A stretch of DNA of 64,000 bases, taken from NCBI GenBank assembly GCA_951406725.2, contig OX597815.1, positions 180,358,001-180,422,000 of the forward strand. The letters are read 5' to 3'. Origin of the DNA: Octopus vulgaris. Lineage: Eukaryota. Under the pieces are notes generated by a model that saw only the letters and a list, made by a program, of their open reading frames with translations, did not search any database and had not been told where the DNA came from. Made by a program: the position numbers and the translations under genes. Each line of letters opens with the position of its first letter. The first letter of the stretch is position 1. Positions 52,626-64,000 of this stretch are shown one piece after another.

Positions 52626-53460
52626 TATGAGGTGTAGTCAAAGAGAATCCAGCCTTTGGCCAGAAAACGATATTAAAAAACACACCATTTTGATTTAGTC
52701 TCCTTCAAAGTATTCACACATCTGCCAGCATTTCTGGAAATCACTTTTTGGGATGTTGTAGAGCCATCGAATTTTGCTTAATGTCCTCTGTTGACTCAAA
52801 TCTTCTCCCTTTGAGTGGTTTTTTTTTTTTTTTTTTTGAGCTTTGGGAATAGCCAAGTCTTGGCAGTAGGAAGCCTGACGAACAAAGTGGTGTGTTTTGC
52901 TTGACGAGGAATGCTTGGATGACGTGGGCAGAATAACCTGACTAAACTGAGCCATGGCTGATTCCATCTTCAACAACAATCTTCTCAATAGTCCCACGAT
53001 GGTCTTCATAGATTATTCCTTGAACCTTTGCAATCATTTCGTCATTTCTGCTAGTCAATGGTCTGCCACAATGTGGCTCACTGTCCACTGATGTGTGGTC
53101 ATCTTTGAACCAGTTGTACCACTCTTTTATTTGTGTTTTCCCCATACCATCATCTCCAAAGGCCTTCTGAATCTTTTCAATAGTCTGGGCTTGCGTATCA
53201 CTAAGTTTTTGATAGAATTTGATTGAGTCTCTTTGCTCTATGCGTTTGGTCATCTTGACACAAAAAAGAAAAATTGCACAGCACATTCTTCATGTGTACT
53301 CAATGCATCACTGCAGGCGAATGGCGCTACCTACAGGCACAACAATTTTGAGGCATGCTCAGGAAGGACTCGGTCACCTAATACCCATGTGGATTTTGCT
53401 CACACATAATTATTTTGTGCAAAAATATCAAGCTCAGATACTTTTTGACTACACTTTGTA
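52626..53460 (-). mobile_element. Internally deleted mariner (Tc1/mariner) transposon
   Basis: The TIRs TATGAGGTGTAGTCAAAGAGAATCC and GATACTTTTTGACTACACTTTGTA have TA ends. ORF 52942-53286 is the mariner HTH region (EQRDSIKF...QKAFGD...KEWYNWFK...GRP). The C-terminal YFEGD* lies at 52695, and most of the catalytic domain is missing. Confidence 0.9.
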
Positions 53461-53719
53461 TATTAAATTATTTTAAGACTTTACAATGTCAAACTGATGA
53501 AATACTTTGATCAGATTCCTGATAGTGGGAAGAAAGTTTTGAGAAGAGACAGTACTTACACTGGGATTATTTCTTTTGTTCTTCTTGGTCAACATTCTCA
53601 TTGAAATTACAAAGAATAGAGACTTCCAGTATTTCAAAAGACTGTCAAGCATACTTATATTTTCCCAACTGGACCAGAAGCTGTAATCTAATTTATTCAA
53701 GATAATTCTCCAAATCCAT

Positions 53720-54060
53720 TTGCAGAAGATATCTTCAACTTGGTTTAAGGAATCATACTTCTGCAGCATTGATAAGCTATGGCACTTGTTTGTTGATGAT
53801 CCAAGTCAGACTACCATTTTGTAAGAACAAATTCTATATATGCCCTAAAGACTATTTTCCTCATTCTTATTGATAATTGCTTATGTGACAGTAAGTCTTT
53901 GATGCCACCAAAAGCAGCCTCCGCTTGTCTAATCCTTGATCTAATTATCTTTTATGATTTTTTTTCCATCCAATGTAATGATGGTTCCCAAATGTCTAAC
54001 TCTAATGATTTGTTTCAAGGTTGTTCCATTAATTCTTATACTGCAAATTGGTGATTCTTT
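53720..54060 (-). mobile_element. Old RTE LINE fragment
   Basis: HLGTIITLDG...RIRQAEAAFGGIKDLL...RKIVFRAYIE...INAAEV*FL. Confidence 0.7.
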
Positions 54061-56027
54061 CTCTGAGATTCAGTATTTTTTTTTCATCTTTTATTTGTTT
54101 CAGTCATTAGACTGCAGCCATGCTGGAGCACCACCTTAAGTTGAACGAATCGACCCCAGGACTTATTCTTGGTAAGCCTAGTACTTATTCTATCAGTCTC
54201 TTTTGCCGAACCACTAAGTTATGGGGACATAGACACACCAACATTGGTTGTCAAGCGATGGTGGGGGAACAGACTGACAAACATTATATATATATATGCA
54301 CACACACATAAACTGGGCTTCTTTCAGTTTCCGTCAACCAAATCCACTCACAAGGCTTTGGCCAGCCTGAGGCTATAGCAGAAGACACTTGCCCAAGGTG
54401 CCATGCAATGAGATGAACCCAGAGCCATGTGGTTGGTAAGCAAGCTCCTTGCCACACAGCCTAATCATTCACTATCTCATAGCTTTGCAATTTCAATGAT
54501 GTAATTGTTTTATTTGTAGAATGGCATTGTAGGACAGGCATGAAAGGCCAGATCTGGTGGTTTTTTAAAAAAATAAACCAAGTAGACTATTTGGGCTGGA
54601 TATGACTGGTTTGAATGCTGAAGCGACATAGGCCAAAGGGTAGAAAGCAAGAATTGTAAGAAAATAAAGATCAACTTTATTCAAAGTATTCTTCGGATAA
54701 TTAAACAAATTAAATCAAAACGAGTTTATAAATTTGGTGTCAGTTACAAATAAAGTGGAACATTTGAGTATTGGAACAACATTCACTCACCGAAAAAGTA
54801 ACTGCTGCTTTTTTTTTTTAATACTCTTTCAGAATTATTTTCTCTGATTTATAAAATATGCATACATTGCCAAACTAGGAAAAAGCTTTTTATTAAAAAA
54901 AAAAAATGGTAAAAGAATTAGTTTTGTTGAGAAAGACAAACTAAATCATACAGAATTATGATTCTTGCATCACTAATATTTTGGGAACATTGAAATCTGT
55001 TTTACACCAAATTTCTGGTATTAATATCCATTAATTCACTGAAAGCCTTCCTTTAAGTCTAGTTTGGCTTTGTAAAATATTCAGAGTATATTCTCAGTTA
55101 GAATATGAAAATGTCCATGTGATCAATGATGTGTTAATCAATCAATCACTGAAATTCTTTTTTTTAAAGCATGTATGTAATAAACAGATAATATTTTTTT
55201 TAAGTTATCGAGGTCATGAAAAAGTGATGGTGTTCATTTAATCACCTGAAGATAAAGCATCATGAGGTAAATATCAGATTTTTTTTTTGTCTTTTAGTAA
55301 AAAATAGTATTTTTTAAAAAATAAACAAAAACTTTTAAGTGAAATCAAATAAATGAAAATAAATTTGTAAATTAAAAACCTAACCGTGATAGGAATGCAA
55401 TAACATTTGAAAACGAAACTAAAAAGTCTCAGACAAATTTGTTCTATTTTATGATACATTTTGGAAGAATTTGTGAAACTTTTTGTCATGGAATTTCAGA
55501 ACACGTATGTCAATATCCTATTCAGAATGTTGTCATTATCATGGCCTTGGGTCTAAGTCAGTAGTAGTATGGGGGCATGTGCATCCACCATTCGTTAGTG
55601 ATTCCCTACACCTGACAGGTAACACCCTTGTACCATTCGGGCAACACCCCTGCAACCCATAGGTCTGTTTTAGGTTATTATTAAGGCAGCAAGATAGCAG
55701 AATCATTAGTACACTGGACAAAATGCTTAGCAGCATTTCTTTCAGCTTTACGATCTGAGTTCAAATTCCACCAAGGCCAGCCTTGCTTTTTATCCTTTTA
55801 GGGTTCCTAAAATAAGTACCAGTTGAGCACTGGGGGTGACGTAATTAACTAACCACCCTCCCACAAAATTTCAGGCTTTGTGCCTAGAGTAGAAAAGAAT
55901 TATTACAATTAATCTCATATTTTCGAGTGTTGATATATAAGCACCAGTCAGGTATTAGAGACAATTTAACCTACTCTGTCTAGCGTGCAATTTTCCAATC
56001 TTGTACCAATGCTGGAAATTATTATTA

Positions 56028-56345
56028 TTGAGTGAGAGAGCAATGCATGCCATCAAAGTGACACTGGGGTAAAATATACAAAGCCCAGTATACCCATCAT
56101 GCATCACAACCATATGTGTGTGACATGATCTCGTATCAAGACAAACAGCACATGACCTTGCAGGTGGGGCCCAGTTAGAATTTTCTTCTGGTCGAGTAGC
56201 CTATCCTATTCAAAAAAGGGTCATTGAATAAGGTTTGTTTTAAGGATGATGAACAAAACACCCATGTTTCCAGAGGTGAATTATTCAAACCTCAAAGAAT
56301 TCCTCTCACTATATGGCCATGATGCTCGTGATCAGAGATGCACAT
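56028..56345 (+). mobile_element. Interspersed repeat family E
   Basis: Homologous to 37588-37786 and flanked by ATT/ATC repeats. Confidence 0.7.
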
Positions 56346-57508
56346 ACTATTATCATCATCACCTCCATCATTATTTAGGGCAGTGAATTGGTAGAGTTAT
56401 AAGTGTGAGACAAATGGCTTGTGGTATTTGCTTTGGCTCCTCAGTTCTGAGTTCAAATCTGGCTAATGTCAACTTTACTTTTTATTCTTTCCGTTTCTAT
56501 AGATAAAATACCAGTCATGTATTTATTGACTAACCCTCCTCCAAATTTTTGATTTTGTATGTTCATACTAAAAACAATAATCATTATTGACTGTAAATTG
56601 TTAGAAAGAAAGAAATGCTGAACTAATTGCCTCACAACACTTAACTGTTATTTATATTGTTTTATTCCTCTATGTTCCAGCCCTAAGGCTGTGGCCATGC
56701 TGGGGCACTGCCAGTGTTCTTTTAAAAAATAGAAACTGATATGGAAAAAAAAAATACAAATAATTCTTTCTAATTTTGGTACAAGGAAAGGGAGAAGGAA
56801 GTTGATTACATGGTACTTTCATTCATTGACCCCCGAAAGAATGAATGGCATAGCTAACCTCAGTGACATTTGAACTCGGAACATAATGGGTTGGGAGAAA
56901 TGCCACCACACATTTTGTCACACTAATGGTTCTATCAGTTCACCACCTTTAACAATAATTTTTTCACATTGGCAGAAAAAAAAAAAAAACCCAAAGAAAA
57001 ATCAATTTCTAGAGAACTATAAATGACTGAATTAACCTCCATATACTTTTGGTCCTTTTGCTTCTTCTACAGACCCACAAGGGATTCAAGGAAATCGTGT
57101 TCAAGTTATTTGTTGTGAAAGAAAAGGTAAGTGCCATTATAAGTCAAAATGATATTATTCTAAACTAGTTTCTTAGAAGCAAATATTAAATTTTTACACC
57201 ATAAAGAATTCCCAGCAAATGGTAGTGCTGAATCACATTACAACTTCAGAATGGTTTCAATTTACAATGCAGAGGGATGATTCTAAATACCGTTTTTGGC
57301 ATTTAGTTTGATGCGGAGCAGTGCAGCCATTTCTATCACCTGATGAAAAACAATGGAAAGTTCCTTGCAAAAAAAAAAAAAAAAAAAAAAAAACTCAAAT
57401 CATTTGTGCATCACTTTCAAAACTTATTTCACTGAGGTAATTATGGATGTCTACATGTATGTGCTTTTATATATATATATATATACATACATACACACAC
57501 ACACACAT

Positions 57509-57732
57509 ACAATTGCAGCGTGGAAGGTGTTTATAAGCCATTTAAGAAACACGCAGGTCGCGGTCTCAAAGCGACGAAAATATTTTGACAAATTAAATTT
57601 AGATGTTGAAGCGAATCTAACAGTTTTTGTGTGTTTCTTAAATGGCTTATAAACACCTTCTAAGCTGCAATTGTTTTCATTCCTACACATGATCTCAGAT
57701 CAGGTCACTTGCTATGCAAGTACATCTCTGTA
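57509..57732. mobile_element. Palindromic MITE-like element (44-bp inverted arms 57509-57552 and 57631-57674)
   Basis: ACAATTGCAGCGTGGAAGGTGTTTATAAGCCATTTAAGAAACAC versus GTGTTTCTTAAATGGCTTATAAACACCTTCTAAGCTGCAATTGT (2 mismatches). It sits between TA/CA tracts. Confidence 0.75.
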
Positions 57733-58292
57733 ATATATATATATATATATATATAAAAATCTCACAGACACAAACTACTTATGCACTCAAAGTACATTCA
57801 TGAATCTCTCTCTCTCTCGCTTTCTCTGTGTGTGTGTGTATTATATACATATATGCTTGTGTGTGTGTATGCTTTTTACATATATATGCTTGTGTGTATG
57901 TCATCATTTAACGTCCACTGATGACAGTGATGTGTGCGTACATATACATCCTGGGCCAACGATTGTAACATTTTGGCTGCTCTTCATAGAATTGTTAATG
58001 TTTCAGGATAAAGTTTAATGCTTAGATTCAGTGGCACCACAAATTCCTCCAGTCTCACTTTGTTTTGTTTTCTCACTTTGCATAAGGCTTGATATAATTA
58101 CATCAAGTAAAACATATTCTGTACATGATTATCAGTGAACCATTTTGAAAAGGTGTGAAGCAAGTTTATGGCAGACTCCATAGGAATCAAAGTCACAAAA
58201 TTCCCATTCATGCAGGAATGAATGTAGCTAGACTGTCCATTTTAAAATATAAATATCCATCACCAGGAAGAAAAACTGTTTTTGTGTTTTAT

Positions 58293-58343
58293 TCAAAGGT
58301 TTGCGAATCTGGCAAGATCTTTCCGTGTCACAATACCACACAC
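58293..58343 (-). CDS. CLCN7: Last coding exon of ClC-7 (end of CBS2, stop codon)
   Basis: Acceptor ttttttcAG, then VCGIVTRKDLARFANL*, matching ClC-7 VVGLVTRKDLARY. It is in frame with the 61097-61177 exon across a 2753-nt GT-AG intron (58344-61096). Upstream exons were not found and presumably lie beyond 64000. Confidence 0.92.
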   Translation of the reverse strand: MCGIVTRKDLARFANL

Positions 58344-59631
58344 CTGAAAAAACAAAGGAAAAGAAAATTCAGTTATCGGAAACCATAATGTTGCATCACC
58401 TTTGATTTTCATCATCATTGTTTAACGTCTGCTTTCCATGCTGGCATGGGTTGGACGATTTGACTGGGGGCTGGCAAGCCAGGAGGCTGCAGCTTGATTT
58501 GGCAGAGTTTCTACAGCTGGATGCCCTTCCTAACGCCAACTGCTCTGAGAGTATAGTGGGTACTTTTTACATGCCACTAGCACGGGAGCCAGGCAGACAG
58601 CACTGGCAATGATCACACTCAAATGGAGCTTTTTTTTACATGCCACCTGCACAGGACCAGTCAGGCGGCACTGGCATTGACCACGCTAGCCATAGATAAA
58701 AGATATCACAGAATAGAGTTTATAGTCGTGCAGAGGGTAGGACAACCTCCGTAGTGCTGGTGCCATAAACAATACACATCCAATAGACATTGTTAATTTA
58801 TTGGCATTACAAAGGGGATTCGACTATAGGAACAATGCCAACATTTGATGTATGAGTGGGGTTAGTCAGCTAACTCCTTTAAAAGGATAGCAACTCTGAA
58901 TAAGAACCGATTCAAACTATAATCAATTTAAGCCAGGTGCGCATGAAATGTGGATGTATGACAATAACAATAATGAACACTTTTAAAACACGGAATCATC
59001 TGAAAGATAACAAAAACAAACAGATTCACAGTTAGTTCTTCATCCATAAACAATTTAGTTGGTATTTGTTTGCTTTTTTTTTTTTTTTTTTTTTTTGTTA
59101 TATAAACTGCTGTTGTGTAAAAGAGTTTTATCAGACAAAATGGACTTAGCTATGGTTCACTGTATTTTTCATGTATTATGAATGCAGATATTGCTGGCCG
59201 TCATTACCCAAATACTGAACAGTGTGGTAGAAACATTCCCCACACACAATTTGATCTCAAGGCCCCAGAAAGAGCCACGATACATTGTAAAACCACATGA
59301 TCAAAGATAGAATAATGCAGAGACAACAAAGTGTATATTATCTCCTCCATGACCCTCTACAATAAAGTGAAGGCAGATTTCTGGTACAATTTTGCAATAT
59401 CAGGTAAGAATTTACTTCTCAAGGATACAACTTTCAATGATTTTATCTCCAAGAATTGCAGACAAAGACAAATGAAATTTCAGGTTTTGCTTTTTCTAAT
59501 GCAAATAATTTAAATTTAATTTACTCCCACTGCGTGGCACCTTGGGCAAGTGTCTTCTACTATAGCCTCTGGCCGACCAAAGCCTTGTGAGTGTATTTGG
59601 TAGACGGAAACTGAAAGAAGCTCGTCGTATG

Positions 59632-59674
<43 letters not shown>

Positions 59675-61096
59675 ATGTATCACTTGACAACCGATGTTGG
59701 TATGTTTACATCCCTGTAACTTAGCGATTCGGCAAAACAGACCGATAGAATAAGTACTAGGCTTACAAAGAATAAGTCCTGGGGTTGATTTGGTCGACTA
59801 AAGGCAGTGCTCCAGCATGGCCACAGTCAAATGACTGAAACTAGTAAAGAGTAAGGCAAGAAAAGTTGAATTTCAGTATTTTATTTTATACATAGGATTT
59901 ATTTAATCCAATATAGGATTAAGAACATTCCTTTAATATTCAACAATGTCCCAGTGAATAGAATATGAATGAAATGTCTTGGTAGATAGATTACATTGGT
60001 CAAAAACAGAATTTCCATGGGAAAGGAACAGGGGTGGACCAGAAAGTACTTTATTTAATCCCTATTTTCAAAATACCTTCTGATTTTTCATTTGTATGCA
60101 TAATTTTTGAGATGAACTTAATTTTTCTAATAATTAAATCTGAAATATTTACTTAGATCATTGCTGCTTAATTAACATGCCTTCAGAATGAAAAAAAAAA
60201 ATTAAGAATTTCTGTAATGTTTGTGACTGTTCAATGACTAAGACACCAAAGGATTTTAAGATCATCATCATCGTCATTTAACGTCAGCTTTCCATGCTGG
60301 CATGGGTTGGACGATTTGACTGGAGGACTGGCAAGCCAGTAAGGCTGCGCCAGGCTCCAATCTGATCTGGCGAGGTTTCTACAGCTGGATGCCCTTCCTA
60401 ACACTGGAGAATGTAGTGGGTGCTTTTTACATGCCACCGGCATGGGAGCCAGTCAGGTGGCACTGACATTGACCAGATTCAGATGGTGCATTTTGTGTAC
60501 CTCCAGCACAGGAGCCAGTCAGGGGAGGGGGTGACTGACATCGACTATGTTCGAGTGGTGCTTTTTATGTGCCGCTGGCACGGGAGCTAATCAAGGGGCA
60601 CTTGCATCGACCCCGTTTGGATGGTGCCTTTTACGTGCCACCGACACAGGAAATGTTCGCTAAAATAGTGACATTACAAATTGCCTGCAGTAATGCATAC
60701 TCAGAAAGTAGTTTAAGATCCAACATTGGGCTGTTTCTTACTTTCCTTTTTAATACATCTGATATCAAGATGTAAGTTTGAGTACTAAAAAAAAAACAAG
60801 GAAATTTACTATAGTAAATTATTCAATTGAATAAGTTGCAAAGATTTTTTAAAATACATTTATATAGAGAAATGGTAAGCTCCACATATGGACATTCCAT
60901 CACACAGCTTGAGTCTTTGTTGCACCATTTTATTTCTTTTATTCCTAATCTTTGTAATTTCAGACCTTCCTTAATAGTTGGTCTGGAATGTTCCAACTAA
61001 ATGCTACGTGAATTTTTTTTTTTTTTTTGTAGAAATTATAAAGGCAAAAAAGAAAAAGATTTGTGGGGCATTTGATTTAATAAGAAGTAAGCTTAC

Positions 61097-61177
61097 CTGA
61101 TGTTCAGCATTTATAACTGTAACGTGCCGCAAGCCCAATGCCCGAAACAGCCGGAAGATTCGTGAGTATGTTGCACA
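61097..61177 (-). CDS. CLCN7: Penultimate coding exon of a ClC-7 H+/Cl- exchange transporter (CBS2 domain)
   Basis: 81-nt phase-0 exon on the minus strand, bounded by ...cacttctAG and GTaagc. It translates to CATYSRIFRLFRALGLRHVTVINAEHQ, matching the ClC-7 motif RVFKLFRALGLRHL (ClC-6 has FRTMGLRHL). Confidence 0.93.
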
Positions 61178-61695
61178 CTAGAAGTGAGGCATTGAAATAA
61201 GAAACATTTAGTGACAAATTAAAACAAAATTGGCTTTGGCATCAAAACTGGTAATATTAATATGGTAGCATAATTGCATATACTGTAACGGGAAAGGCAA
61301 AGAGAGAAAGAGGGGAGGAGGAGGAGAGAGAGAAAAGGATGTTTAGCAGAAGGGAATAATGAAAGGGTGAGAGGTAGAATAAAAGGAATGCTGTAATGTT
61401 TATATGGTCAGGTGGTTGGTTGAAGAAAGAGGAAGCAAAAAAGACGAAGAAAGAAAAGTGTTTACTGGAGAGAGAATGATAACGGTGAGAGGAGGAAGGG
61501 AAAATTACAGACATACAAGAACTATAGTAGCCATTGTGGTGGTGGTGGTATATGTAGGGATGTTCCTTAATGAAGCTAGATACAGAAGAATATGGGTTTT
61601 TTACTGAACTATTTTTTTTTTACAAAATATTCATGCACTTTAGAGTAATTAATTGTCGTCTGCTAAACGAACATTTCATATTTGTTTACCTATAA

Positions 61696-61745
61696 CAGTG
61701 GTTCCCAACCCTTTTATTTAAGAGTTTTCCCATGGACCTCTTTTA
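61696..61745 (+). mobile_element. hAT/Charlie-type MITE left terminus
   Basis: Begins CAGTGGTTCCCAACC, a typical Charlie-group TIR. No right end was found. Confidence 0.4.
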
Positions 61746-61793
61746 ATACGCTTAACCTTATGTATGTGTGTGTATATATATATATATATATAT

Positions 61794-62742
61794 CAGGAAT
61801 GTGCTGCCTGGGTAGGCAAGGTAGGCAGTGCCTACCCTGAATAAAATAGATCAACAGTAACATTTTCCTTTTATGGCAAAATATGCACCTAATTCCATAA
61901 AATTATGAAGGTTACTCTGATTACTCAGCATAAAATGCAAAATATTTTACTTTTTGTACATTAGGTAGGTATAATTTGCCCTGGCCTTTCATCATCATCA
62001 TCATCATCATCATCGTTTAACGTCCGCTTTCCATGCTAGCATGGGTTGGACGGTTCAACTGGGGTCTGGGAAGCCCGAAGGCTGCACCAGGCCAGTCAGA
62101 TGTGGCAGTGTTTCTACAGCTGGATGCCCTTCCTAACGCCAGCCACTCCGAGAGTGTAGTGGGTGATTTTATGTGCCACCGACACAGGTGCCAGACGAGG
62201 CTGGCAGACGGCCACGCTCGGATGGTGTTTTTTATGTGCCACCGACACAGGTGCCAGACGAGGCTGGCAGACGGCCACGCTCGGATGGTGTTTTTTATGT
62301 GCCACCGACACAGGTGCCAGACGAGGCTGGCAGACGGCCACGCTCGGATGGTGTTTTTTATGTGCCACCGACACAGGTGCCAGACGAGGCTGGCAGACGG
62401 CCACGCTCGGATGGTGTTTTTTATGTGCCACCGACACAGGTGCCAGACGAGGCTGGCAGACGGCCACGCTCGGATGGTGTTTTCTTATGTGTCACCGACA
62501 CAGGTGCTAGACGAGGCTGGCGGACGGCCACGCTCGGATGGTGTTTGTTACGTGCCCTCAGTATTTAAGCTAAGCATGATATTGCTGTAATACACGTGGT
62601 GCGTACATTCCTACAACACTGTTGTCTTTACGCGCTATAAAGGCAGAAGTAAATCAGCCTTCAACTCAATCACATGCCTGTATTCCACTCCATAAACATC
62701 ACCAACTGCCTACCTTGAGTAATTACTGACGACACATTCCTG
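61794..62742. mobile_element. hAT-like non-autonomous element containing a family B insertion
   Basis: 10-bp TIR CAGGAATGTG/CACATTCCTG, with subterminal GGTAGGCA/TGCCTACC motifs at both ends. The flanks ATATATAT/AGATATAT are only a weak TSD because the left one is in a microsatellite. Confidence 0.6.
62165..62560. repeat. Near-perfect 63-bp tandem array (~6 copies) inside a family B copy
   Basis: ATGTGCCACCGACACAGGTGCCAGACGAGG starts at 62171, 62234, 62297, 62360 and 62423, with a variant at ~62487. Confidence 0.95.
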
Positions 62743-62953
62743 AGATATATTTATATATACATATATAGGTTATGAGAGGTAATGCTGAGTAAGTGCTATG
62801 GATAGACTATAGTTAAGCTCCAGGTTTGGTGATTATGCAAATGTGGAGTCCAACGCAGGTCATATATTACCATGCATATATATATATATAAAATTAACAG
62901 AATGAGATAAAAACCGAAGGCTGTAAAAGATTTCAGAACATTTATAAAGAGAA

Positions 62954-63003
62954 GGTCTTACAGATGTTTCCGGGATATTTTATACATCCCTTCATCAGAG
63001 ACG
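62954..63003 (-). ncRNA. Minimal type I hammerhead ribozyme motif
   Basis: GUCU-CUGAUGA-A-GGGAUGU auaaa AUAUCCC-G-GAAA-CAUCUG-UA-AGAC. It has an intact core, a 7-bp stem II, near-palindromic ACAUCUGU stem III and a GUA triplet. Confidence 0.7.
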
Positions 63004-64000
63004 GTGCGAGACAATGGTTATGCTATAGTTATTATAAAGATATGAAATGTCTGTGTGTGTGTGTGTGTTTATTACCTGTCACCAGTTGACAACCCGTGTT
63101 GGTTTGTTTACAAAAGAAATCAATAGAGTAAGTACCAGGATTTAAAAAAGAACAACTACAGTGGTCAATTCACTTGACGAAAATTCCCCAGAGCAGTGCC
63201 CCAGCATGGCCACAGTCTAATGACTGAACCAGATCCTTTCACAAGGCTTTTGGTCTGTCTGAGGCTATAGTAGAAGACACCTGCCCAAGGTGCCACACAG
63301 CTATGCCTGGCACATGGAGAGAGAGAGAAATGTGATGATGATGAAATGAGACAGCATTATCTAAAATTCTACAAAATATTCAAAGAATTATGTTCTTTAC
63401 AAACTCATGCTCAATCATTGAAGAATTTCTCTTTCTGTGCATTTTAAATTATACATTTGTTTTCATTAACAAAACTTCGTTAAATTGTTGTGAAAATTTT
63501 ATCTAAAAAATGGGAAAAAAACTGTATTGTGAATGAGAAAAGTTGAGAGAGCTCCAATCATTTAAGTTGCTTAACTTGTCAGAAATAGCTGCAAAAATCT
63601 TCATCAGACTACACTATCTTAAAAGAGGAAAGGATACATTAGAATCACACTTCCTGAGAAAAAATGTGGGTATCTTTTAATCAGAGTTGATCTGGAGCTA
63701 AACAACAACAACAAACACATTCTTTTCTACTCTAGGCACATGGCCTGAAATTTTGGGGGAGGCAGCCAGTCGATTAGATCGACCCCAGTACACCACCAGT
63801 ACTTAATTTATCAACCCTGAAAGGATGAAATGCAAAGTTGACCTCGGCAAAATTTGAACTCAGAACGTAAAGACAGACGAAATAAAGGGACTAAACACAG
63901 AGAGGACAAACGGATTAAGTCGATTATATTGACCCCAGTGCGTAACTGGTACTTATTTAATCAACCCCGAAAGGATGAAAGGCAAAGTCGACCTCGGCGG

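Noticed and set aside
62165-62560. CRISPR-like regular repeats
   Set aside because: The tandem units are contiguous and identical with no unique spacers, there are no cas genes, and the context is eukaryotic.
62033-62590. Long ORFs with 21-aa repeats (also 11628-11958 and 15498-16157)
   Set aside because: These are open only because family B tandem units are multiples of 3. They are open on both strands and have no protein-like features.

Overview
Eukaryotic, AT-rich, repeat-saturated genomic DNA. The repeat content (tRNA-headed SINEs with internal microsatellites, RTE LINE tails ending in (GAT)n, dense TA/CA tracts) suggests an octopod cephalopod, which is an inference. The only host protein-coding sequence I recognise is the last two coding exons of a CLCN7-type Cl-/H+ antiporter (CBS2 domain) on the minus strand (61097-61177 and 58293-58343). 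Almost all ORFs in the supplied track are repeat artefacts. The rest is a nested mosaic of decayed mobile elements: hAT, FLYWCH-MULE with TSD, mariner, piggyBac-type MITEs, Helentron-like elements, RTE, R4/Dong and Penelope-like fragments, plus about 25 RTE-tail repeats and several SINE families. There is also an ~8 kb complex satellite (~630-670 bp unit) with four orientation flips and a 1.15 kb higher-order minisatellite. The most notable signal is at least five unrelated small elements carrying minimal type I hammerhead-ribozyme motifs of the Penelope/retrozyme kind. These include a tRNA-head + hammerhead + inverted-repeat element with a 9-bp TSD, a TIR-like element with a central hammerhead in tandem copies, and a family with a variant CUGUAGA core. 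All calls were made by eye, and element boundaries are approximate unless a TSD or splice site is cited.
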